Shown here in pieces: positions 13,421 through 25,937 of a stretch of 64,000 bases of DNA. The stretch comes from Octopus sinensis (Eukaryota): the NCBI RefSeq assembly GCF_006345805.1, contig NC_043022.1:1550001-1614000 (forward strand). The letters are read 5' to 3'. The notes beneath the pieces are model-generated. The model was not told where the DNA came from. It was given only the letters and a program-made list of their open reading frames with translations, and ran no database searches. A program made the position numbers and the translations under genes. Positions within the stretch are counted from its first letter, which is position 1, and every line of letters starts with the position of its first letter.

Positions 13421-16400
13421 ACATACATAAATAAATATATACATACATAAATATGACAGTTTCTGACAATTCTGCCTTACAGATAATATATTAATTTCAA
13501 ATTTTGGCTCAAGGCCAGCAAGGGAGGATATAGTTGAGTACATCAACCCCAGTGTTCAACTGGTACTTATTTTATTGACTCTGAAAGGATGAAAGGCAAA
13601 GATGACCTCGGCAGAATTTGAACTCAAAACATAAACACAGATGAAATGCTGCTGAGCATACGGTCTGGCATGCTAACCATTCTGCCAGCTCAATGCCTTT
13701 ACATACATACATAAACATACACATAAAACTCATTACATACATACACTGCATTACATACATACATATATATGCGATATATATGTGATTGCCAGTGGCACGT
13801 AAAAGCACCCACTACACTCTCGGAGTGGTTGGCGTTAGGAAGGGCATCCAGCTGTAGAAACTCTGCCAGATCAAGATTGAAGCCTGGCGCAGCCATCTGG
13901 TTCGCCAACCCTCAGTCATTCGTCCAACCCATGCTAGCATGGAAAGCGGATGTTAAACAATGATGATGATGATGATGATGATACATACACACATGCATAT
14001 ACATTCATACATCTATACATATATGCTAACATATACTGATTACATACATACACACAAAGTAAAGAGTAAAGATCCCCCTTCACTCATGAATGATCATCGG
14101 ATTGCACCCTAGAAAGTTACCCTCCCAGGGGCACAAATCTGGGCAAGGTTGTTTATGGAAGACCAGCAGTCATCCATACATTCCAGCCTCCGTTCTCAAT
14201 GCCACTGATGTTATCCAAGGGAAAGATGAAGGCTGATACAGCTTGGCACCAGTGATGCCACAACTCATTTCTACAGCTGATTGAACTGGAGCAACGTGAA
14301 ATGAAGTGTCTTGCTCAAGAACACAACTCACAGCCTGGCCCGGGAATCGAACATATACGTAATATTTTAAACTTACATTACATAACACACACACACACTG
14401 CATACATAAATACTCACATAATATAGCTTACATACACACAACAACATTCTTTTACTCTTTTACTTGTTTCAGTCATTTGACTGCAGCCATGCTGGAGCAC
14501 CGCCTTTAGTTGAGCAAATCGAGCCCAGGACTTATTCTTTGTAAGCCTAGTACTTATTCTATCAGTCTCTTTTGCTGAACCACTAAGTTACAGGGACACA
14601 AACACACCAGCATCGGTTGTCAAGCGATGTCGGGGGGACAAACAAAGACACACAAACATATACACACACATACATACATATATATACATATATACGACGG
14701 GTGTCTTTCAGTTTCCATCTACCAAATCCACTCACAAGGCATTGGTCGGCCCGAGGCTATAGTAGAAGACACTTGCCCAAGATGCCACGCAGTGGGACTG
14801 AACCCGGAACCATGTGGTTGGTAAGCAAGCTACTTACCACACAGCCACTCCTACATACACACATACATATAATACATTACATGATACACACCGTAGTACT
14901 AATATTATATGCAGTAACGGTAACACCTGTAGGAACAAAAATATTTGGCTGACTTACCTTCAACATTGTTCAACTGTCTGTCTTTGTAAAGTTCTGTGAG
15001 GAACAAACTGTTTATCAAGGTGGATTTTCCCAAACCTGATTCTCCTGGAAAACATAACAAAACAATAAAAGTTTAACAAAAATAACAATATTGGTGTAAT
15101 CATGGCTGTGGAAGGAAGAAGTTTGCTTTGTAACTTCATGGTTTCAGGTTCCGTCCCACTGTGCAACACCTTCTATAAAAGCCCTGGGCTGACCTATAAC
15201 CTTTGGTAGAAGAAATCTATGTGGGAGTGCATTATATGTATTGACAGGTATTCCGTTGGTTATAATGACGAGGGTGCCAGCTGAGCCTAATTAATGGAAC
15301 AGCCTGTTTGTGAAATTAATGTGGAAGTGGCCGAGTGCTCCGTAGACATACTCTTTTACTTGTTTCAGTCATTTGACTGCGGCCATGCTGGAGCACCGCC
15401 TTTAATCGAGCAAGTTGACCCCAGGACTTATTCTTTTGGAAGCCCAGTACTTATTCTATCGGTCTCTTTTGCCGAACCGCTAAGTAACGGGGACATAAAC
15501 ACACCAGCATCGGTTGTCAAGCAATGCTAGGGGGACAAACACAGTCACACAAACACACACACATATATATATATATACATATATATGACGGGCTTCTTTC
15601 AGTTTCCGTCTACCAAATCCACTCACAAGGCTTTGGTCAGCCCGAGGCTATAGTAGAAGGCACTTGCCCAAGGTGCCACGCAGTGGGACTGAACCCGGAA
15701 CCATGTGGTTGGTAAACAAGCTACTTACCACTCAGCCACTCCTGCTCAGAGAGATTCAGTGTGACACGGAATGTGAGAAGGCTGACCCCTTTTGAATTAC
15801 GGGTATAATTCATTTTTGCTAGCTGGGCACTTCAGTTACGAAAATGGGGGTCCCTGTTGGTCTGATCAACCAAACAACCTGCTTGTAAAATGAACATGTA
15901 TGTGGCTGAGTATTCCATAGACACATGTATCCTTAATGTAGTTCTCAGGGAGATGCGACATGATGCAGAATGTGACAAGGCTGGCCCCCTTTGAATTACT
16001 GGTAAAACCCATTTTTGCCAAATTAGGGGACAGGAGCAACATGAAATAAACTGGTGTTTTGTCGGTTATGGCAATGAGGGTTCCAGTTGATCCAATCAAC
16101 AGAACAACCTGCTCATGAAATTACATACAAGTGGCTGAGTACTCCACAGACATGCATAACCCTAATGCAGCTCTCGGGGAGATTCAGCATGACACAGAAT
16201 ATAAAAAGGCTAGCCCCTTTGAATTACAGGTACAACTCATTTTTGCCAGATGAGTGGTATGGAGTGATGTGAAATGAAGTGCCTTGCTCGTGGAGACAAT
16301 GTGTCGCTGGGAACTGAACTCACAACCTTTCGATTGTGAGATAAATATCCTAACCACTAAGCCATGTGCCTTCACTTAAAAACAGATATCATAGCAACGA

Positions 16401-19400
16401 TAATGATGATATTTATGTTGGTGTTGTTGCATGTGGTACTAGTGGTGGTGGTGGTGATGATGGTGGTGATGGTAATGATGATGATGATGATGATGATGAT
16501 GACAACAATGATAATCTTGATGGTCTTGGTGGTGATGATGATGATGGTGATGATGATAATGGTGGTGGTGGTGGCAGAGGTGGCAATGCCAGTGGTTTTG
16601 TTGTTGTTGTTGGTGGTGTGGTGGTGATGACGTTGGCGAGGTCGATGACCACAGTGCTGATAAAGATGATATTGATAGTGGCGATGATGATGATGATGAT
16701 GATGATGATGTTGATGATCGTCATCATCATCATCATCACGACAACTACCGATGACGACGATGATGATGATGCTGACAGTGGTTAACAAAGAAAACAACAA
16801 CCACAACAACTGTAAACAACAAATAATACAAATATCACCAATGGTGGGACAGGCGGGTGGGACGGGCAGGTGGGACGGGCTGGGTGATGGTGAAATTAGG
16901 TTGATTTATCTCTTAACCCCCCCCTGACTACAATTACTTCTTATTCCAAACAATTTTCGCTTATTTTCTTTTGTTTTACGTTTTTCTTGTTATTGATATT
17001 TATATTTTTTTATTTTAAATTTCTTTTGGCTTTCATCATTTTCTTTTCTTGTTTATTATTTTTTTTTTTTTGCTTTTTCTTTTTTTACCATTCCGACTTT
17101 GATTTATTCGGATTATTTCCTCCTCTTATTAATGCAATGATGATGACTGTTAGTTGACAGGTTTGGTTTGGTGGTGCTGGTGGTGGTATTTGTGGCAGAG
17201 GCGGTGGTGATGGTGGTGATGTTGTTGTTGATACAGGAGGTGGCGGTGGTGTTGGTGGTGGCGTGGTGTTGGAGTTGGCAGTGGCGATGGCGTTGTTAAT
17301 GGTGATGATGGTGGTGTCGGTGGTGGCATCAGAAGTGCTGATGGTAGTGGTGGTGGTGTCGGTGGTGTTGGAGATGGTTGCGGTGATGGTATTAGAGGTA
17401 CTGATGGTTGTTGTTGGTGGTAGTGATGGTGGTGATGGTATCAGTGGTGCCAATGGTTGTTGTTGGTGGTAGTGGTGATGGTATTAGAGGTGCCGATGGC
17501 TGTTATTGTTGTTGGTGGTGGTGGTGCTGTTGGAATTATTGGGGATGATGGCGTTGGTGGTGCTGGAAGCGATGACAAATATGTCTGCTTCCCATTGTAT
17601 GTTGTTATCACAACTTCAATGTCTGAAACCTGTTCTTCCTAAACAATGCTTCCATTAATGGTTCATGTGGGAGGAAGTCTTTTACACTTTTCTCAAAGAA
17701 AACTGGAATCAATCTCCAGGATTTGTTGAGAGGGAAGACATTCTGAGAGCTCAAAATGGAAAGAAAAAAAGTGCAGGGTGGGGGGTGGGAGAGGAAACAA
17801 GGAATTCCTCTTTAAAAATAAACAAAAGATTTTCAGGAAAATTTTATCTTAATTTGCTTTGTGTATGTGTGTGTGTGCCTGCTTGTGTGCATTTGTATGT
17901 GTGTGTGTGTGAGTATGTGTGGGTGTGTTTGTGGGTGTGTATGTGTTTGTGTGTTTGTGATTGTGTGTTTGTGTGTGTGTGTGTGTGTGTGTTTTGTGTG
18001 TGTAAGTGTGTGTGTGTGAGTCTGAATGTTTGTGTTTTTGTCCATTTGTTTGTGTGTATTTGCATTTGTGTGTGTGTGTGTGTGTGTGTGTATTTGGGTA
18101 TTTGTGTGTGTGTGTGTGTGTGTATGTGTTTGTGAGCTTGTGTGTGTGTGCATTTGTTTGTATGTATTTGCATTTGTGTGTGTGTACGTGTTTGTGTGTG
18201 TATTTGTGTATGCATGTGTGTGTGTGTGTGTGTGTGTGTATGTGGATGCATGTGTGTGAGAGTGAGTGTGTGTGTATTGTGAATGTGTATGTGTGAGCGT
18301 ACATTTGTTTGTATGCATGTGCATGTTTTTGTGAATGTGTATGTGTGTATGAATGTGTATGTATCTGTGTGTGTATGTGTGTGTATGCATATGTGTATGT
18401 CTGTATGTGTGTGTGTGTGTGTGTGTTTAATAGCTGAAGGGTATAAAAATTCGCTTCGCATTAACAAGGGACCTTGTTTGATGCTACTGCTTACCATCTT
18501 GAGCAAGTATCTCCACACACATATCCAGCATATAAACAGACTCAATACAGGCATTTCTGTCAGGATTGCTCCTCCTATTTCTTTTACAGTTCTATATTTA
18601 TTTAAGAGATGAAGAATTATGTACATTATTTACATTTGATGGACATCTGTCCTCATCTTGTTTGTTGTTACCACAATGTTTCGGCTGGTTTACTCTCCAG
18701 CCTTCATCAGGTGCCCTGGCAGAATTTCGAACCTGGGTTCTCATTCTTAAGGTATTTTTCCGATGTTATTACTTTCCACTTTCCATTCTTCTCTGAAGGA
18801 TAGGAGATATGAAAGGAGAGCGGGAGGGAGAGATTGAAGTACCCTCAAACCAGAAACCCAGATCAAATCCTTGCAACCATATCAGGACAACTCCCCCCCC
18901 GATGACAAATCCCCCCCCCCCCAGACAATTACCCTGATTGGTTAATTACCCACTCTCCAATATATTAAGTTTTAAATCATCATCAAAAAGTGCAAATTAT
19001 ATGCGATTCCTCGCAAATATTGTATCACATTTATGTTTCCATAATTGCTAACTACGGCATTAATGCAGGCTGAAACATACTCTTTTCTCTTTTTACTCTT
19101 TTACTTGTTTCAGTCATTTGACTGTGGCCATGCTGGAGCACCGCCTTTAATCGAGCAACTCGACCCTGGGACTTATTCTTTTGTGAGCCCAGTACTTATT
19201 CTATCGGTCTCTTTTGCCGAACCGCTAAGTAACGGGGACATAAACACACCAGCATTGGTTGTCAAGTAACGCTAGGGGTACAAACACAGACACACAAACA
19301 CAGACACACAAACACACACACACACATATATATATATACATATATACGACGGGCTTCTTTCAGTTTCCGTCTACCAAATCCACTCACAAGGCATTGGTCG

Positions 19401-22400
19401 GCCCGAGGCTATAGTAGAAGACACTTACCCAAGGTGTCACACAGTGGGACTGAACCCGGAACCATGTGGTTGGTAAGCAAGCTACTTACCACACAGCCAC
19501 TCCTGCGCCTATATTGTAAATATGTAAATATTTTGTTCTCAATGGCTGTTTAGCAAAACCCGTCAAGGATTGAGTTATAAGTACTTGTTGTAATGCTTAC
19601 TCTCTTTTAAAACCTTCCAAATGTTTGGGTGGCAACAACCAGCATTTGATAAAAAAAACCCAAAAAACTCCTGTACCACCCTTCCACAACATTCTTTGTT
19701 CTTGGAAGTTCATCCAATGTTCTGTTCTACATATTCCATAGATCCATTCCAAACACCGGTTCTTGCAGTCTTCCTCTTCGACATGGTCGTCCTAAGTATG
19801 TATTCTCTAAGTATTCTTGCAAGGGATATGTTTCTGGTGGGTATATTTCACATAAGGTTTCGAAAGTTTTTTTTCAACATCAAAAGGAGGAACAAAAGCT
19901 AAAGCAGCTTTCGTTCTCATAGAGATTGAAAACTCTTTGTCCTCTTGGTATCGCTGTTGAAATCAATCATCATCATCATTTAACGTCCGTTAACACAGGT
20001 TGGACGGTTCAACCAGGGTCTGGGAAGCCAGGGCTGCACCAGGCTTCAATCTGATCTGGCTGTGTTTCTACGGCTGGATGCCCTTCCTAAAGCCAACCAC
20101 TCCGTGAGTGTAGTGGGTCCTTTTTACATGCCACTGGCACAGGTGCCAGGGGAGGCTGGCAGTGGCCACGATTGGTTGGTGCTTTTTATGTGCCACCGGC
20201 ATCGACCACGTTTGTAAAAAATAGCAGCTTATACACTGAAAAATACGGTACACATCAAGGGTTAACTGCTTAGGGAGTAATTGTCCTTGGAGGGTTACTG
20301 TCCATGGGAGGGGGCAGGGTTTAAATGTCCTAAACTTCTTGCAACAAAGTGGGGTCTGCTGAAGGTATTTGAGGTACCAGGTTGTGGTGGTGGTGGTGAT
20401 GTAAAACCTGGCAATGGATTAAGGTTACCACTTCATGTAGGCCATGGTGGGATTTGAACTTGGAACACAAAGAGCCAGAAAAATGAAATACTGTCAAGGC
20501 ATCTGATCTGATGTTGTTAGTTGGTCAGTAGCAGGAAATGGAAACGGAAAACCCCCCCCGCCATGATTCTGAGAGGTCATCATCTCAGGATGTGGAAGAA
20601 CTCATAACTCCCCCCGCTCCCTGCCAGTCCACCAGATGTTTGGTTAGTAACATCTGGAAGTTGACATCTGCAGGGGGTTACAAAAATAAAATAAAATAAA
20701 AATGTGGGCAGGAAACGAAATTTCAAAGGGCTGAAGGAGAAGAAGAAATAGGGGTTTTCTGTGAGTCAATATCTCGGCATGTGGCCTTGTGGTTAAGGTG
20801 TTGCATTCATAAGGGCCAGATTATGGGTTCAATTACTGGACTGGTGGCACGTTGTGTTCTTGAGCAAAGCACTTTATTTCACATTGCTCTAACACAGTGG
20901 TTCTCAACCATTTTTACCCTATGGACCCCTTTAATTCCTATTTTACTCTACTGAACCCTCAGAGTCATTGATGGATATTAAAAAAATCTTTCTGTATTTT
21001 TATTATGAAATCATCATCATCATCATCGTTTAATGTCTGCTTTCCATGCTAGCATGGGTTGGACGATTTTGACTGAGGACAGGCGAACCAGATGGCTGCA
21101 CCAGGCTCCAATCTGAGATGGCAGAGTTTCTACAGCTGGATGCCCTTCCTAATGCCAACCACTCCGAGAGTGTAGTGGATGACTGGCCCTCATGCCACTG
21201 GCATGAGGGCCAGTCAGGAGATACTGGCAATGGTCATGCTCAAATGGTGTTTTTTATGTGCCACCTGCACAGGAGCCAATTCAGCGGCACTGACAACGAC
21301 CTCGCTCGAATGTTTTTTCACGTGCCACTGGCAAAAGTACCAGTAAGGCGACACTGATAATGATCACGCTCAAATGGTGCTTTTTACATGCCAATTATTA
21401 AGAATTGTATAAAAAAAATAAAAATATTGGAGATAAATTTTAACAACAAAATCTTATGTGGGTCCCTGAGGTTAATATGGACCCCATTTGAGAACCACTG
21501 TTAAAAAGCATAGAATACTCCATAATCAAGGATTAGGGATTATAAAATACAGAATACTCAATCAGGGATTAGGTTTCTACAGTATAGAATACTCCTTAAT
21601 GAAAGGATTCTACTTTTCCTTCTCGAGCCATGCCTGGCTCATTAGGGCCGGTTTCCCGGTTTCCTTGGCGTATAGGTTCCTCACCTGGACGGGACGCCGG
21701 TCCATTGCAGGTGAGCTGCTAGATGCAGGAGGAAAGAGTGAGAGAAAGTTGTGGCAAAAGAGTCACCAGAAGTTCATCATTACCTTCTGCCGGAGCCGCG
21801 TGGAGCTTAGGTGTTTCGCTCATAAACACACACATCGCCCGGTCTGAGATTCGAACCTGTGATCCCTCAACTGCGAGTCTGCTGCTCTAATCACTAGGCC
21901 ATGTGTCTCCACGCTAATGAAAGGATTAGAGATTATTAAATATAGAATACTTGTTAATCTGAGCTTAGGTTTATAAAGTATAGGATATTCCTTAATCAAG
22001 GGATTATAAAGCAGTGATTCTCAACCCCTTTTTTGCCTATGGTCCCTCTTTGATTCCTATCCTCATAGCCATTTGATAGATATATAAAATAATCCTTCTG
22101 TATTTTTATTATTAAATATTATTAGGAATTGTATAAAAATATTCTTTTACTCTTTTACTTGTTTTAGTCATTTGACTGCGGCCATGCTGGAGTACTGCCT
22201 TTAGTCGAGCAAATTGACCCCAGGACTTATTCTTTGTAAGCCTAGTACTTATTCTATCAGTCTCTTTTGCTGAACCTCTATGTTACGGGGAAGTAAACAC
22301 ACCAGCATCGGTTGTCAAGCAATGTTGGGGGCACAAACACAGACACACAAATATATAAACACACACACACACACACATACATACATACATACATACATAC

Positions 22401-22401
22401 A

Positions 22402-22437
<36 letters not shown>

Positions 22438-23197
22438 TATATACATATATACGGCAAGCTTCTTTCAGCTTCCATCTACCAAATCCACGCACAAGTCTTT
22501 GGTCGTTCCAAGGTGACATGCAATGGGACTGAACCTGGAACCATGTGGTTCGTAAGCAAGCTACTTACGAACATGGCCACATGGCCACTCCTGTTTAAAT
22601 ATTTTGTGTATTGGAGAAGTTTAACCAGTTTACTGGACATACATTTTAACTACGAAATCTTATATGGACCCTCAAGGGTCCAGTGCTGAGTGGGGACTGG
22701 CATGCCAAAGAACAGACACAACGTTTCCTCTGCATGTTGGAAAAGGGGACTAAAAGAGATCGAGGTAGGATTTGGCCCCATAAAACCCTCAACAGCAACA
22801 AACAGCTACCCAAACAGACCCATGGGCTGGAGGGTGGGTGCAAAGGTGTCATCCACCAGGAGTAGAAGAGAACCACCAACAAATGGTGGGTACAGCAACA
22901 AAGACATTGTTACAGTGCATGACCCCTTACTGTTACTACTACTACTACTGCTGCTGCTGCTGCAGAAATATCCTTTGCTCTGTGTGGGGACTAGCACGCT
23001 AAAGAATAGACCCAAAGTTTCCACTGCATGTCGTAAAAAGCAACTATAAGAGGTTGAGGTAGGATTTGCACAACAAACTCGTGAAACCCTCACCAGCAAA
23101 TGATTACCCAAACAGACCCCACTGTCAGGAATAGGAGGGAACCACTAACAGACGGTGGATGCAGCAACACATTGTTACAGCACATGGGCCCATATTC

Positions 23198-23234
<37 letters not shown>

Positions 23235-24250
23235 AACATCCATTGTACTGCATGGGTACCAGGGTGTCAAAAGAACAGGCGCAATGTTTCCTCTGTACTC
23301 TGACCTTGTAAAACCCTATCCAGCAATGGCTACCCAAATGGAACCTTGGGCTGAAGGTTTATCGCCTGAGTGGTGCAAAGGTGTCATCTGTTAGGAGTAG
23401 TAGGGAACCATCAATGCACGTAGTGATGTTCTGTTACAGCGCATGCCCCCCCCCCATACTACTACTAATGTCAACATTCTGAGTTCAAATCTCAGCAGGG
23501 TTGACAATGCATGTGTTTCATCTGAGGAAGCAGGAGGCATTGGTCAGCCCAGGGCCATAGTGGAAGACAACTACCCATGGTGCTACTACACAGTGGGACT
23601 GAACATGAAGTTATGTGGTTGCAAAGAGAGCTCCTTAACCACACAGCCCCATGCCTGCACCTATAAAAGGCAAAAAAAGATTTTAAAAAAATGGGAAGGT
23701 CATGGATGGAACATATTTGCTCATAGCCCTATTCAATCATGGCTAGCCTGAGTGGGGTCAAACAACAGCAACAAAAACAAGATAAAGCTGTACAACTTAA
23801 GGGCACAACTGTGTCTCCTGAAATAGAATCCGTGCGGGGGGGGGGGGGGCATGTGAGGGGGAGGGAGAGGAATGTGGCTTAGGTAAGTATGGAAACACCT
23901 GCTTCTAGGAGTTCAAACTAGTGTAACCCATGGCGACATGTAGAGGAGGGTGGCATGGGATGGGATGGGGTGGGGTGGGGGATACAGAGATGGTGTGGGG
24001 TGGGGGTTACAGGGATGGTGGTGGTGGAGGTTGAGTGATCAGGGAGGAGAGGGAGGGAGGGAGGGAAAAAGGGGTGGAAGAAATCAGTAAAAAAATATAA
24101 AACAAACAGGTTCATGTGATAGAGAAGAGGCGTGATGATGATGATGATGATGCTGTAAATGATGGTGATGATGGTTGTGGTGGTGGTGGTGGTGGTGATA
24201 TATATGTATTAATAGAGGTGAGAAAGGCAGGAGAGATGAGTAAACGTGTG

Positions 24251-24304
<54 letters not shown>

Positions 24305-25900
24305 TATGTGTGTGTGTGATGAGACAGGAAAGGTGTGTGTGTGTGTGTGTGTGTCTGAATACATGATAAAGCATGTGTGTGTGATGATGCACATGCCGTG
24401 TGTTGTACTCGTATGTGTGTGTGTGTGTGTGTATGAGAGATGAACTAAATATGTAATGTGTGTGCGTGTGTGTGTGTGTGTGTGTGTGCAGGAGAAAGAA
24501 AGGAAGGGGATGTGTAGGCGTAAAAGAATGTTGATGTGTGATGTGAGAGGGAGAGAGAAAGAGAGAGAGAACGAAAGGAGGGGAGAGAGGGTGAGAGAGA
24601 TGGAATCAGTGCTGGACCAAGGAACCTTACATTATTTGTCCCCACCCTACCAGAATATTTTGACAGCCTCTACATATTTCCGTTTTCTTATAAACCCCCG
24701 CCCCCCATTAAACAACCCAAGGGGCATATCGGGGAAATTGCAGCAGCCAGCTGGAATTGATCCAGTAGCTTCACATTGTCAATAAACTTCTGACCTCTTT
24801 AATTCACTAAATCAACATTATTTCTATTTTGGTAAAAGATCAATAAATGACTGGAACCTGAAACTTCAGCTGGGAACAGCAACTGGTTCAATTGGTACCT
24901 TACAGACCAGAAATCAGTACCTTTTTTGGAATGGTCCAATTTTGATTACTGTCCAGTTATCCACGGATCGGTACCATCATCATCATCATCATCATCATTG
25001 TTTAACGTCTGTTTTCCATGGTAGCATGGGTTAGATGGTTCAACCGGGGTCTGGGAAGCCAGGAGGCTGCACCAGGCTCCAGTCTGATCTGGCAGCGTTT
25101 CTACAGCTGGATGCCCTTCCTAACGCCAACCACTCCAAGAGTGTAGTGGGTGCTTTTTACGGGCCACTGGTGGCACAGGGGTCAGAGGAGGCTGGCAATG
25201 GCCACAATTGGTTGGTGCTTTTTATGTGCCACCAGCACGGAAGCCAGCCAAGGCGGTGCTGGCATCGGCCACGTTTGGGTGGTGCTTTTTACGTGCCACC
25301 GGCTCAGGTATCACAACTACAATTTCCATTTGATTTATATTTTTATTTTGATGTTGATGTACTTGACTCAATAAGTCTCCTCAAGCAGAGATTAGAAATA
25401 AAACATACTTATGCAATCGGTTATTTTCTGTTCGTAATGGTTGTAAAGCTAAACAAAATTCAGTCTGAGGGTCAAAGGTATCTTGAAGCTGAGGCAATGT
25501 ATTTACAAGGTCTTCCAACTGATTCACCATTCGAATAATTTCACGGTGATTTGTAGATTTACCAGTGGCCTGGAATTGTTTAAGGTGGATCACAATTTGC
25601 CTGGAAGCGAATCACACATTTGGTTTCATAACCTTCCTTCGCAGCACATATAGAATGAGAGATGCAAGATCCAGTTATGAAACTGTGGAAGTGCATGATG
25701 GCTAAGTGGTTAGGGGTGTTGGACTTATGATTGTAAGATTGTGGTTTCAATTCCTGGACCGGGCTGTGTATTGTGTTCTTGAGCAAAACACTTCCTTTCA
25801 TGTTGCTCCAGTCTTGTGATGGACTCATGATCGGGAGATTGTGGTTTCGATTCCTGGACTGGGCTGTGTGTTTTGTTTTTGAGCAAGACACTTTATTTCA

Positions 25901-25937
<37 letters not shown>

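Noticed and set aside
18495-18590. Minus-strand donor (gtaagc) with short open frames
   Set aside because: No septin exon is missing between 28016 and 15044, and the peptide is unrecognisable.
23830-24070. G-run-rich tract with G-quadruplex potential
   Set aside because: Low-complexity tracts of this kind are common in this sequence; nothing specific supports function.
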